From positions 295,944-359,943 of the IMG/VR virus record IMGVR_UViG_3300009784_000001: a stretch of DNA of 64,000 bases. One strand, given 5' to 3'. The stretch's first letter is position 1. The number at the start of each line of letters is the position of its first letter. This document shows positions 26,391-36,932 of this stretch, one piece after another. The notes beneath the pieces were generated by a model. That model was not told the origin of the DNA and ran no database searches. It saw only the letters and a program-made list of their open reading frames with translations. Origin of the DNA: a virus (taxonomy: Duplodnaviria > Heunggongvirae > Uroviricota > Caudoviricetes). Made by a program: the position numbers and the translations under genes.

Positions 26391-27380
26391 ATGAAATATC
26401 TGGGGTCTAAAAGGAAACTTGTAAAAGATATTCTTCCTATTATATTAGAAAATAAGGAAAAATATGATTATTATATAGAACCATTTTGTGGTTCTTTAGC
26501 TGTTATTCAAGAAGTAGAAGGAATTAAAAAAATTGCTTCTGATATAAATCCATTTTTAATTGCCATGTGGGAATGTTTAAAACATTTTGAATATGAAGAT
26601 AAAGAACTTCCTAAAATTGATAATTTTCTAGATTATCTTATATTAGTAAAAGGTGTTCTTAGCTTTACAAATATGAAAATGAAAAGTAAAGATGAATGGG
26701 AATATTTTATAAATAAAGATGTGTATGATTATTATCGGAAAGAATATTATGAGTATAAAAATGAAAAATATAATAATAATTTTTTAACTCATTATGCTAT
26801 TATAGGCTTTGTAGGTTTTATGGCTTCTTTTAATGGGAGATTTTATTCAGGTGGTTATTCTGGAAAAACAGATAAAAGGAATTATATTGATGAACAAATA
26901 AGAAACACATTATCTCAAGTTTCTAAATTACATGATATAACTTTTATATGTAATAACTACATTGATTTATTTAATAGATTATGCTTGAAAGATGGTATAA
27001 AATGTATAATTTACTGTGATCCGCCATATTTTAATACAAAGCAATATGAGTATTCAACAAAATTCAATTATAATAAATTCTATGCTTTTTGTACTTATAT
27101 GGCACAGAGAGGGCATAAAGTAATAATATCTGAATATAATTTACCCTCTTCACAGTTTGATATAATTTTTGAAAAAGAAGTTACAAATTCAATGAATACT
27201 ACAATAACAAAAAAACCAATTGAAAAATTGTTTATTCCAAATAAAGATTATAAATTTGAAAATAAACTATTATTAAATACAATAAAAGTTGATGAACCTT
27301 ATGCTAATGGAAGAATATATCCAAAAGAAGTATGGGAAAAAGCAGTTAATGAATATATAAAGAAAACTAGTAATATATAA
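26391..27380 (+). CDS. DNA adenine methyltransferase (Dam/D12 class)
   Basis: YLGSK; EPFCGS; DPPY. Confidence 0.85.
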   Translation: MKYLGSKRKLVKDILPIILENKEKYDYYIEPFCGSLAVIQEVEGIKKIASDINPFLIAMWECLKHFEYEDKELPKIDNFLDYLILVKGVLSFTNMKMKSKDEWEYFINKDVYDYYRKEYYEYKNEKYNNNFLTHYAIIGFVGFMASFNGRFYSGGYSGKTDKRNYIDEQIRNTLSQVSKLHDITFICNNYIDLFNRLCLKDGIKCIIYCDPPYFNTKQYEYSTKFNYNKFYAFCTYMAQRGHKVIISEYNLPSSQFDIIFEKEVTNSMNTTITKKPIEKLFIPNKDYKFENKLLLNTIKVDEPYANGRIYPKEVWEKAVNEYIKKTSNI

Positions 27381-27907
27381 TTTTATGGAAAAGAGAGAAA
27401 TTACAGGTTGTTATTTTAGAGTAAAAAGAGATGAAAAATGGGTTAATATTTGTATTGAAGAATTAACAGAAGATGAAAGAACTGAAATTCTTAAAGATAA
27501 AACAAATGAGTTTTTAATCAATACAATTCATTTATTATGTAATACTATCAATGATATTGCAGAACAATGTGATTTGACTACTGAATGGACAGTGGGTTAT
27601 GTGTAAAAATAAAAAAAAAATATGCTTAGAAAATTAAGATATGATATTATTCATAGATTGGAAGATCCAAACTTTGAATTAAATAGTGAAGTAGAACAAC
27701 ATAAAATAATGGTTAATTTATTGGAAGATGGTATAAAAGAATTAAAAAAGTGTTGTCCTCATTCTCCTTATAAAACGCATAAAGTTTCTGTTATTGAAAA
27801 AGAATATGATGAAGATAGATGGTATGTTGGAGAAATTATAATTGAAAAAGATCAATGTAACTTTTGTGGAAAAATTGTGTGGATATGAAAATAATAAAAT
27901 TTAATGA

Positions 27908-28672
27908 ATGAATAACAATTTTTTTGGTACAACTGAAACAGGAGAAATATCTTTTAATCTTGATTCATTTGATAATTTATATGTAGGGAATCTAATTATT
28001 ACAAAAAGATTATCAAATGGTCTTATTGATAGATTAATTGAAAATAAAGATAAATGTATTCTTCATTTAACAGTAACAGGTTTAGGAGAAAAATTAGAAC
28101 CACTTGTACCTGATAAAGTAAAGAATTTTGATAAATTGGCTTTATTATTATCTAAAGGATTTCCATTGAAACAAGTAGTATTGCGTGTTGATCCAATTAT
28201 AGTTACAAAAAAAGGAGTTGAAACTGCTATATCAGTAATTGATTATTTTTGTGGTGGAATTAAAATACCAAGAGTTAGAATATCCTTTCTAGATATGTAT
28301 AAGCATGTAAAAGAAAGATTTAATGAAAATAATATTCCAATTCCTTATAATAGTTTTAACCCTCCTCAAAATATGATTGATGATGCAATGTTACAATTGG
28401 TACATAAAAAGGTATTATATGGTTTTGAGTTAGAAAGTTGTGCAGAAAATATAAATGATAGATGGAAAGGATATATTGATACTTGTGGATGTGTTTCTCA
28501 AAAAGATGTTAATATATTAGGTATTCAAGATAAAATTCAATTGATAGGTATTGGTGATGGTAAACAAAGAAAACAATGTCAATGTCCAAACAATAAAAAA
28601 CAGATAATTAAGTGTAAACCAAATAGATGTGAACATCAATGTTTATATTGTTATTGGAAAGATGAAGAATAA
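27908..28672 (+). CDS. DUF1848-like Fe-S protein
   Basis: ITK, RVDPI, SFLD, SCAE; C-terminal CQC...CEHQCLYCYW. Confidence 0.7.
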   Translation: MNNNFFGTTETGEISFNLDSFDNLYVGNLIITKRLSNGLIDRLIENKDKCILHLTVTGLGEKLEPLVPDKVKNFDKLALLLSKGFPLKQVVLRVDPIIVTKKGVETAISVIDYFCGGIKIPRVRISFLDMYKHVKERFNENNIPIPYNSFNPPQNMIDDAMLQLVHKKVLYGFELESCAENINDRWKGYIDTCGCVSQKDVNILGIQDKIQLIGIGDGKQRKQCQCPNNKKQIIKCKPNRCEHQCLYCYWKDEE

Positions 28673-29016
28673 TTTTGTTTAATTGAAAAATTATTGTTAT
28701 CTTTGTTTTCTGAATTATGTATAAAAATAAAATATGGGAACAAAAGAATTGAAAAAATTGTTTAATTCTGAAACAGAATTTCTTGAATATAAAGGATTAA
28801 TTTTTTCTATTAAAGATAATAATGAAGAAATAAAAAGATTAGAAAAAGAATTAAATTATCATTTAATATCTAGATATAATAGAAAAATGCAATTACAAGA
28901 AATTTGTCCTCATATTGATACAAAAGTTACTAAAGATTATGAAGAAGGGGGTTATTTAGAAACTGGAAAATATGTTACCACAATTACTTGTAAAATATGT
29001 GATAAAGTATTAGATA

Positions 29017-29592
29017 TTGATATTAAAAGTACAGGTAGTTATGCTTGAAAAATTAAATAGAGTACATGTTTTATGTCAATCAGATTTTGATCTTTTAATG
29101 AAAAATCATAATTTTACAGATGATAATATAGAAGAACAAAGGAATACTGCTTTTATTAGTATTATTGCTACTAAAAGCTGTAATGAAGAATATATAATAA
29201 AAAAACATGGAGTTGATACAAAACATTGGTTTAAAGAAAAACATTCTAATGTATTAAATTTAGAATTTGATGATATTGAAGAAGATTTAATATTTTCTAA
29301 TGGGGTTGTATACAAAACAATTACAACAGAACAAGCTGATAAAATTATTGGTTTTATTGATAAAAATAATAATAAAGATTTTTTGATTCATTGTTATGCA
29401 GGAATAAGTCGTTCAGGGGCAGTTGCTTTATTTTTAAATGATTTTTATGATTGGATAGATAAAGAAACATTTCAATTAGATTATGAAAATAGAATACATC
29501 CCAATCAAAAAGTTTATCATGAATTGAAAATGGCATTAGATAGATTTAATGGTATTGAAAATTATAAAGATATATGGAATATAAACAATTAA
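29017..29592 (+). CDS. protein tyrosine/dual-specificity phosphatase
   Basis: HCYAGISRS (CX5R); FDD; PN. Confidence 0.85.
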   Translation: MILKVQVVMLEKLNRVHVLCQSDFDLLMKNHNFTDDNIEEQRNTAFISIIATKSCNEEYIIKKHGVDTKHWFKEKHSNVLNLEFDDIEEDLIFSNGVVYKTITTEQADKIIGFIDKNNNKDFLIHCYAGISRSGAVALFLNDFYDWIDKETFQLDYENRIHPNQKVYHELKMALDRFNGIENYKDIWNINN

Positions 29593-29605
29593 AAATTAAT
29601 AATAT

Positions 29606-30046
29606 ATGACTATTGCTATAGATTTTGATGGCACTGTTGTTACTCATGATTATCCAGAGGTTGGTAAAGATATAGGTGCGGTTTCTGTATTAAAAAAATT
29701 AGTTGAAAAAGGTCATCAATTAATTTTATATACTATGCGTTCTCATAAAGAAGAAGAGGTAAGATATACTTTTGTAGATGGAAATAATAAAATTAGAGAA
29801 ATAAATAAGACAATAGATACACTTCAAGATGCTATTGATTGGTTTAAAAAGAATGAAATTCCTTTATATGGGATAAATGAAAATCCTACGCAAAAAGAAT
29901 GGACAGATTCTTCCAAAGTTTATGCAAATCTTTATATTGATGATTCAGCACTTGGATGCCCTTTAATTTATGAAGAAATGGAATTAAGACCTTATGTGGA
30001 TTGGGAAAAAGTTGAATATGAACTTAAAAAAATAAATATATTATGA
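29606..30046 (+). CDS. HAD-superfamily hydrolase (BT0820-like)
   Basis: IAIDFDGT; KVYANLYIDD. Confidence 0.85.
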   Translation: MTIAIDFDGTVVTHDYPEVGKDIGAVSVLKKLVEKGHQLILYTMRSHKEEEVRYTFVDGNNKIREINKTIDTLQDAIDWFKKNEIPLYGINENPTQKEWTDSSKVYANLYIDDSALGCPLIYEEMELRPYVDWEKVEYELKKINIL

Positions 30047-30286
30047 AAAAAGCAGAAATAAAAGATTTGGCAGGAAAACGATATGAATTTATTAAAGAAT
30101 ATAATAAAATTCCTGTTGGTTCTATATTGGGAGTTAATCCAATTGGAGAGATGATAACGTTCAATGGTGGATTGTGTGATAGTGCTTCTCAAACAGCATT
30201 TACTTCTTTAGTATTAAATGAAGTAAATAATAAATTCAATTATTTAAGAGAAGTAAATCAAATTCATAATCAAATTTGAAAAAGAA

Positions 30287-30880
30287 ATGAAGAAAAAAAC
30301 TCTTCTTTTAGATATAGATGAAGTAATAAATGATCTTAAAGAAATTTGGATTGATTTATATAATAAGAAATATAATGATAATCTTAATTATATGAATATT
30401 ACTGAGTGGGAAGTTGATAAATTTGTTAAACCAGAAGCAAAAGAAGATATATATGAGTTATTAAAAACTCCTGGTTTATTTAGTAAAATGTTAACACCAC
30501 CTGAAGATTCTATTAAAGTTACTGAATTATTAGTTCAATATTATGAAATATATCCTTTAAGTTATTGTGCATATCCTCAAAATATCTATGAAAAAATAGA
30601 ATATTTGGAAAAATATTTTCCCCACATTGATATTAGAAATTTCATAAGTTGTAAAAATAAATCTTTGATTAAAGGTGATTATATGATAGATGATTATGTT
30701 GAAAATCTTAGATATTTCGATGGACAAAGAATATTGTTTAATAGGGAACATAACTTATTTGTAAATAATTTACCTGATAGAATATATAGAGTTAATAATT
30801 GGGAAGATATTTTAATGTATTTTGGAACACAAAATAGTGATGTTTTAAATTATATAGGAAATGAATATAGCAGAAGATAA
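30287..30880 (+). CDS. 5'(3')-deoxyribonucleotidase (NT5C-like HAD)
   Basis: LDIDEV; K..IKGDYMIDD; RVNNW. Confidence 0.8.
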   Translation: MKKKTLLLDIDEVINDLKEIWIDLYNKKYNDNLNYMNITEWEVDKFVKPEAKEDIYELLKTPGLFSKMLTPPEDSIKVTELLVQYYEIYPLSYCAYPQNIYEKIEYLEKYFPHIDIRNFISCKNKSLIKGDYMIDDYVENLRYFDGQRILFNREHNLFVNNLPDRIYRVNNWEDILMYFGTQNSDVLNYIGNEYSRR

Positions 30881-31027
30881 TAAAAAGGAAATCTTTTTTG
30901 ATTATACAATAAATAATGAAATTATCATTGAAAAATATGATAAGAGTGAAGAAATAGAAAAAAAAGAAGATAAAGAATTAGTTTTAATTCCAGTCTTAAA
31001 TAGTTGTTGTTATTTTAGTTAAATTTT

Positions 31028-31855
31028 ATGTTTATACCTGATATATTAGAGAAAGGATTTCAAATTTATCCTTATAAAAATAAGTATCGAGTTTATACTT
31101 CTGATACTTATTGGTTTATTATCAATAATCCTATTGAATTAACAGAAAATAGATTTCTGATGCAGAAAGAAATATATGAAAATAAGTTAAAACAGTGTGA
31201 AGATTGGTCTAAACAATATTGGGATAAAATAGAAAAATTAAGAAATGATAATGTTCTTTCAAAAGAAAAAATTTGGTTCACTGCGGATTCACATTTTTCT
31301 CATCCAGGTATTTTAACGCATACTGATAGGGGATTTACTGATATACATGAGCATGATGATTCTTGGAGAGATAAATGGAATGACACTATTGGTAAAAAAG
31401 ATAGAATTTATATATTAGGTGATTTTTATTGGAAAAATAGAGTAGGAGCGGTTGCTTTATTACATAAATTAAATGGCAATAAATTTTTTATCATTGGAAA
31501 TCATGATAAAGCAGTTGAAGGATTGGACAATATGTTTGAAAGTATAGATGATTTGAAAACTGTTAGATTCAAAAAAGAACAATATCCTTATTTTGAAGAA
31601 TATGAATTTATTGTTTTTATGGAACATTATCCTTGTACTTCCTGGTATCAAAAGCACAGAAATTCTTTGATGTGCCATGGACATGTACATGGTAATCTTG
31701 ACAATTTTAATGATATATCAACTGATTTACGTGTAGATGTTGGCATTGATGCGAAATTAGCTAAATCTTGTGACGGTTTTATTGATTTAGAACATTTATA
31801 TGAATTTTATTGGAGAAAAAGAATATTAACAGAAGGTTTAATTGAAAATATATGA
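31028..31855 (+). CDS. calcineurin-like metallophosphoesterase
   Basis: ADSHF, LGD, GNHD, HYP, HGHVH. Confidence 0.85.
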   Translation: MFIPDILEKGFQIYPYKNKYRVYTSDTYWFIINNPIELTENRFLMQKEIYENKLKQCEDWSKQYWDKIEKLRNDNVLSKEKIWFTADSHFSHPGILTHTDRGFTDIHEHDDSWRDKWNDTIGKKDRIYILGDFYWKNRVGAVALLHKLNGNKFFIIGNHDKAVEGLDNMFESIDDLKTVRFKKEQYPYFEEYEFIVFMEHYPCTSWYQKHRNSLMCHGHVHGNLDNFNDISTDLRVDVGIDAKLAKSCDGFIDLEHLYEFYWRKRILTEGLIENI

Positions 31856-32099
31856 AAAAATATATTGTAACATATTATAATCCTCATGGGCAATGTCAAA
31901 ATATAATATATCTTAAAGCTAAAAGTTATGGAAATGCTGCTGCTATTTTATTTAGATATTTAAATAAATGCTTTCATCATAACTATAAAGATATGACAGA
32001 TAATGAAGCAAAAGAATATGTTGGTGAATGTGATAGTGATATTTGTATCAGTGAGTTTAGAGAGCCTAAATTTGAAACAGAAGAAGAATTGTTAAGTTA

Positions 32100-32840
32100 A
32101 TGTTAAAAGGAGATGAAATTTATCTTGGTGATTGTTTTGATTTATTGTCACAAATTGATGATAAATCTGTTGATTTAATTCTTATAGATCCACCTTACAA
32201 TTTACATAATATTGAATGGGACAAAAATTTACCATTTGATAAATTGTGGAAAGAATATGAAAGAATAATTAAATCAAAAGGTAATATATTAATATTTGCT
32301 TCTGGTATATTTGCTCATAGATTAGCTTTATCTAATGAAAAGTTATACCGATATGATTTAATTTGGAAAAAATCAAAAAATGGTTCACCATTGACATGTA
32401 AATATATGCCAGCTAAAAAGCATGAATATATATTGGTATTTGGTAAAAGTGCTGCTAAATATAATCCTCAAATGGAAGAAGGAGAACCTTATAAAAGAAA
32501 ATGGACACCAAATAAAGTGAATAATATGAAATATGGTATAGAAGGAGTTATAACTGATAATAAAGGTACAAGACATCCCTCTACTATTTTAGATTTTCCT
32601 CAAAAATGGTCAAGGCAACAACAAGGTAAATTACACCCTACATTGAAGCCAGTAGCATTATGTGAATGGTTAATTAAATCTTATTCAGATGAAAATGATA
32701 TTGTATTAGATAATTTTATGGGTTCTGGAACAACATGTTTGGCAGCTAAATTAACAAATAGAAAATATATTGGTATAGAGAAAGAAGAAAAATACTTTGA
32801 AATAGCTAAAAAAAGAATTGAAGAAAATATTGTTTTGTAA
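32100..32840 (+). CDS. DNA methyltransferase, beta class
   Basis: DPPY; HPTLKP; DNFMGSGTT; paralog of 25481. Confidence 0.9.
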   Translation: MLKGDEIYLGDCFDLLSQIDDKSVDLILIDPPYNLHNIEWDKNLPFDKLWKEYERIIKSKGNILIFASGIFAHRLALSNEKLYRYDLIWKKSKNGSPLTCKYMPAKKHEYILVFGKSAAKYNPQMEEGEPYKRKWTPNKVNNMKYGIEGVITDNKGTRHPSTILDFPQKWSRQQQGKLHPTLKPVALCEWLIKSYSDENDIVLDNFMGSGTTCLAAKLTNRKYIGIEKEEKYFEIAKKRIEENIVL

Positions 32841-32957
32841 TTAATAATATTGTTTGTATATTTGTATTGAATAAAAATGAATAGAACAGAAATAAATTTA
32901 TTTTTCATTTGATGGTTCGTTTTTTAATTATTATACTATTTATATTAAAAGTTTAAT

Positions 32958-33572
32958 ATGAGTAGATATATTAAGGAAGAATTGGAGAATTTAATTTTAA
33001 TAGAAAAAAAAAGTTATGAAGAAATTGGTAGATTATATGGAGTTAGTGGGGTAGCAATAAAAAAAGCTGCATATAGAAGAGGAATAGATCTACCTATAAG
33101 GAATAGGCGAACAAAAAATGCTAATGAACATTTTGATAGAGATGTATCATTAAAAAATTATGGAAATTGTAAAAATTGCGGAAAACAATTTATTAAATAT
33201 AAACAAAAGAGAAACGTTTATTGTAGTATTAAATGCCAAAACGAATATATAGGCAAAGAATATATTAAACAATGGAAAAATGGAAATATCAGTGGAAGAG
33301 TTGGTGTTGGCGTGTCTGGGCATATAAAAACTTATTTATTTAAAAAAAATAATAATAAATGTGAAAAATGTGGTTGGGATAAAATTCATCCATTAACTAA
33401 TAAAGTACCATTACAAGTTCATCATATAGATGGTGATTGTACAAATTGTAAAGAAGATAATTTAGAATTGTTATGCCCCAATTGTCATTGTTTAACAGAT
33501 AATTATGGAAATTTGAATAAAAATTCAACAAGGGGTTGTTCCCCAAGATATTTAAAGAAAAATAAAGAATGA
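32958..33572 (+). CDS. HNH homing endonuclease
   Basis: CEKCG..LQVHHIDGD..N...NLELLCPNCH. Confidence 0.85.
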   Translation: MSRYIKEELENLILIEKKSYEEIGRLYGVSGVAIKKAAYRRGIDLPIRNRRTKNANEHFDRDVSLKNYGNCKNCGKQFIKYKQKRNVYCSIKCQNEYIGKEYIKQWKNGNISGRVGVGVSGHIKTYLFKKNNNKCEKCGWDKIHPLTNKVPLQVHHIDGDCTNCKEDNLELLCPNCHCLTDNYGNLNKNSTRGCSPRYLKKNKE

Positions 33573-33643
33573 CTCTGTAGTTCAATGGATTAGAATTTCA
33601 AAGTACGAATTTGAGGATGCGGATTCGATTTTCGCCAGAGTTA
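33571..33643 (+). tRNA. tRNA-Arg(ACG)
   Basis: TCAAA-GTACGAA-TTTGA; GACTCTG/CAGAGTT. Confidence 0.8.
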
Positions 33644-33671
33644 CAATTAGAAACATAAAAAAATAAAAATT

Positions 33672-34139
33672 ATGAGCAGGAAAGTAAAGTATGTTGTAGA
33701 AGACAACAAATTGTATCAACTTAAAAAAGATGGTACAAAAACAGAATTGAAAGGTGAGAAGTTATTTTATGCTGTAGGGAATGCAGTTACTGATAATGGA
33801 TATGGTAGGGAAATTGTTATAGTTGGAATAAGAAGTACTAGAAAGGTTGAAAAAACTTTTGTTTCTGCTTTTCAAATAAGTGGTCAAGAAGTAAATATAA
33901 GTACTAATGCAATTTCAAAAGAAACAGTTTTTAAATTAGGGCATGCTATCTGTCATCCTGATGATGATTTTGATGTGGATAGGGGTTTAGAATTAGCAAT
34001 TAGACATGCAAAAAGTTCTAAAAGAGAATTAGTGGCTAATTCTTATTCATTGTTAGGAAATGATAGATGTGAAAATATTGTTAAAGATGAATTCAGTTAT
34101 ATTTCTAATAATTTAAAAGATTATATTAATGGAAAATAA
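33672..34139 (+). CDS. hypothetical phage protein
   Basis: GHAICHPDDDFD..RG..LA motif. Confidence 0.65.
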   Translation: MSRKVKYVVEDNKLYQLKKDGTKTELKGEKLFYAVGNAVTDNGYGREIVIVGIRSTRKVEKTFVSAFQISGQEVNISTNAISKETVFKLGHAICHPDDDFDVDRGLELAIRHAKSSKRELVANSYSLLGNDRCENIVKDEFSYISNNLKDYINGK

Positions 34140-34311
34140 AGATAATGAAGAAAAACCATTTTCTACTGATGCTTTGGATGGTTATCCAACAGTAAAAAGC
34201 TGGGAAGAAAATAGTGGCAGAGGATTTTGGGGAAATGAAACAACAGGTTATCATTATGATAATGATGATGAAGATATGTCTACTTGGAGAAGTTTTAATG
34301 AATAATTTTTA

Positions 34312-34351
34312 TGACAAATTGGCATATTTTATATAATGGCATATAAATTGA
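34312..34351 (+). promoter_or_regulatory. TGACA-N3-TGGCA palindrome plus sigma54-like TGG-N8-TTG element before hsp20
   Basis: same pair of elements before dnaK at 39797-39835. Confidence 0.55.
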
Positions 34352-34387
34352 TATTTAGTAAATAATAATAATTAAAAAATAAAAATT

Positions 34388-34801
34388 ATGAATTTAGAAA
34401 AAAAAGAAATTTTAAGTAATTTAAGTGAGGTTTTTGAAGAAATTTTTCCTAGTGTTTTTGGCAGCCCAGTTATTTGGAACAAAAGTAACTTTTTATCTAA
34501 TTTAGCTAACGAAAAGGTTATTGAAGATGAAAATGAATGGAAAATAGAAATTGTTGCGCCAAAAGCAGATAAAGCAAATTTCAAAGTTGAGGTTGTGAAA
34601 GATGAATTAACTGTTTCTTATGAAAAGAAAGAAGAAGTTGAAAAAGGATTTTCTTTAGAGTCTTTTGAAGAAATTTTCACTATTCCTGAAAATGTAGATA
34701 TTGATAATTTTAAGAGTGAATATAAAGACGGAATTCTCTATATTTATGCTCCTAAAAAGGAGATAACAACAGTAAATACTCGTATTATTGAAATTCAATA
34801 A
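34388..34801 (+). CDS. small heat shock protein (Hsp20)
   Basis: F...FTIPENVD....SEYKDGILYIYAPK. Confidence 0.85.
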   Translation: MNLEKKEILSNLSEVFEEIFPSVFGSPVIWNKSNFLSNLANEKVIEDENEWKIEIVAPKADKANFKVEVVKDELTVSYEKKEEVEKGFSLESFEEIFTIPENVDIDNFKSEYKDGILYIYAPKKEITTVNTRIIEIQ

Positions 34802-34819
34802 TTTTATTTATTTCATTTA

Positions 34820-34855
34820 AAAAATCCTGATATAAGAAATGTCAGGATTTTTTTT
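34820..34855 (+). terminator. intrinsic terminator
   Basis: AAAAATCCTGAT / GTCAGGATTTTT. Confidence 0.75.
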
Positions 34856-35081
34856 GGTAGATAAAGATAATTTTTGTATCTTTGCAATGTTTTATAATTA
34901 GCATATATGGAAGATAAAATTAAAAAATTAATTGAAATATTAAAGAAAGCAAAAACAGAATTTGAACTTTATATACAAAGATGTCAAGAAGAACTTAAAC
35001 CAGATTATAATATGGGTTTAATACAAGGACGTATAGAAAGTTATGATATAATAATTAATGAATTAAATAAAATATTAAAAA

Positions 35082-36308
35082 ATGATAATTAAAAGTTTAT
35101 TGGACAATGATCTATATTTTTATAATATGCTCCAGTTCATTGTTGATCAGAAATTTGACAAGTTGATTGTTGGTAAAGAATTATTTTTAAGAGGGGAATA
35201 CAAATTTCCATTGGGTTTTGGAAAGGCATTAAAGGAAGAAATTGATTCCTGGAAAGATTTAAGATTTTCAGATGAAGAATTAGATTTTCTTTATTCAAGA
35301 ACAAAAAATTGGATAAATTTTGATTTTATTTATGGATATTTAAAATCATATAAATTATCCCCTGATTTAATCAAATTACATATTAATAGATGCTCAGATT
35401 CAACAAAAGAAGATTATGAATCTATATCTTTGAGTTATGAAGGTGAATGGGCTAAGATAATTATGTTTGAATGTTTTTTATTAGCTGTAATGAATGAAAT
35501 CTATGGAAAATTGACATTTGATGTTAAACATGTGCTTAATTTTAGTGAAATATCAGCAAGAAATTCAAATAAATTTCAAGAAATGAAAGACAAGAAAATT
35601 CAAGTTTTTGAGTTTGGGACAAGACGTAGATATTCTTTTGAAAATCAAAATTTAGCTATAATGCAAATGATTGATTATGGTGTGATAAAAGGCACATCAA
35701 ATCTTTATTTTGCTAAAAAATATGATTTGCCTGTGTTTGGTACAATGGCACATGAATTATTTTCTGTATTTGCTGCTGTATATGGTGTAGAGAGTGCTAA
35801 TTATCAAGTTATATCTAAATGGGCTGAAACATTTAATGGTTCTCTTGGGGTAGCTTTGACAGATACCTTTACTACACAATCATTTCTTCAACATTCTTTT
35901 ACAAGATTTTATGCAAAATTATATGATGGAATGAGAGAAGATTCTGCTCCAAATACAGATATTTATGTTGATAATGCTATTATTAAATATAGTGAATTAG
36001 GAATTAATCCAGTAAGTAAAAAGGTAGTTCATTCTAATGGAATTGATTCTGTTAATTTGATGTATCATTTATTAAATTACAGAAAAGATGAAATCGGAAG
36101 GGATTTAGGAGTAGGAACATTTTTAACTAATGATGTATCAAGAGAAGGTTCTGGTAAACATTTAAATAGTTGGGTTATTAAAACTGTTTTTGCTATTGTA
36201 AATGGTCAAAAGAGATATACAGCAAAATTAGGAGATAATCCAGCAAAAGCAACTTCTATTTCGGATAAATTAATTGAATGTTATAAATTTTTATTAGATA
36301 TAAAATGA
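35082..36308 (+). CDS. pncB: nicotinate phosphoribosyltransferase
   Basis: SLLDNDLY, EFGTRRR, GTSN, GTMAHE, LTDTF, REDS. Confidence 0.85.
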   Translation: MIIKSLLDNDLYFYNMLQFIVDQKFDKLIVGKELFLRGEYKFPLGFGKALKEEIDSWKDLRFSDEELDFLYSRTKNWINFDFIYGYLKSYKLSPDLIKLHINRCSDSTKEDYESISLSYEGEWAKIIMFECFLLAVMNEIYGKLTFDVKHVLNFSEISARNSNKFQEMKDKKIQVFEFGTRRRYSFENQNLAIMQMIDYGVIKGTSNLYFAKKYDLPVFGTMAHELFSVFAAVYGVESANYQVISKWAETFNGSLGVALTDTFTTQSFLQHSFTRFYAKLYDGMREDSAPNTDIYVDNAIIKYSELGINPVSKKVVHSNGIDSVNLMYHLLNYRKDEIGRDLGVGTFLTNDVSREGSGKHLNSWVIKTVFAIVNGQKRYTAKLGDNPAKATSISDKLIECYKFLLDIK

Positions 36309-36598
36309 AAAAAGTATTATTATTTTTAAGTTTATTTATTTTTATTTCATGTGGTGATTGTGGATGTGGAGAGCCAGATTCATATGGAACATATGAATTA
36401 ACATATAGCATAGTTTATTCTGATATGGTTTCAACAAAAACAATTACTATTTCAGATACTTGTTATTTAACCTCTTATAGAGGAAGTAATAAATTAAGTG
36501 TTAGAGATAAAAAGGCTAGTTATGGAGAAACAGTAATTATAGAAACAACTGCTCCTATTAGAATTGAAAAATTAATTAAAATAGCAGAAAATGAATAA
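36305..36598 (+). CDS. lipoprotein, paralog of 42050..42319
   Basis: signal ending FISC; TTAPI motif. Confidence 0.65.
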   Translation: MKKVLLFLSLFIFISCGDCGCGEPDSYGTYELTYSIVYSDMVSTKTITISDTCYLTSYRGSNKLSVRDKKASYGETVIIETTAPIRIEKLIKIAENE

Positions 36599-36843
36599 AA
36601 GTGCATTATTAAAAATAGTAATTTTATTATTAGAAGATTATAAAGAAGAATTGGCTAATAATGGTTGTAATGATACACCAGATGAAATTAAAAATATCAT
36701 TATTGAAGAAATTGGATTAAATGAATTTCAAAAATGGGCCGAAGAATGGAATAATGGAGAATGTGAAGATGCTATAGATTATGATTGGATTGTAACAGGA
36801 GTTATTGCAAACCAGTTAAAAAAATTAAAATAGAAAATAAAAA

Positions 36844-36886
36844 GGGGGATTTATTACTATTGCAACCTCTTAAAAAATGCTAAAAT
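36844..36886 (+). promoter_or_regulatory. SAM-II-like riboswitch aptamer
   Basis: GGGG-GATTT...ATTGC-AA-CCTC..AAAAAAT-GCTAAA, ending ~46 nt before metK. Confidence 0.65.
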
Positions 36887-36932
36887 GTTGCAAAAATAAA
36901 TCTCATTTAATAATAATTAAAAAAATAAAAAA

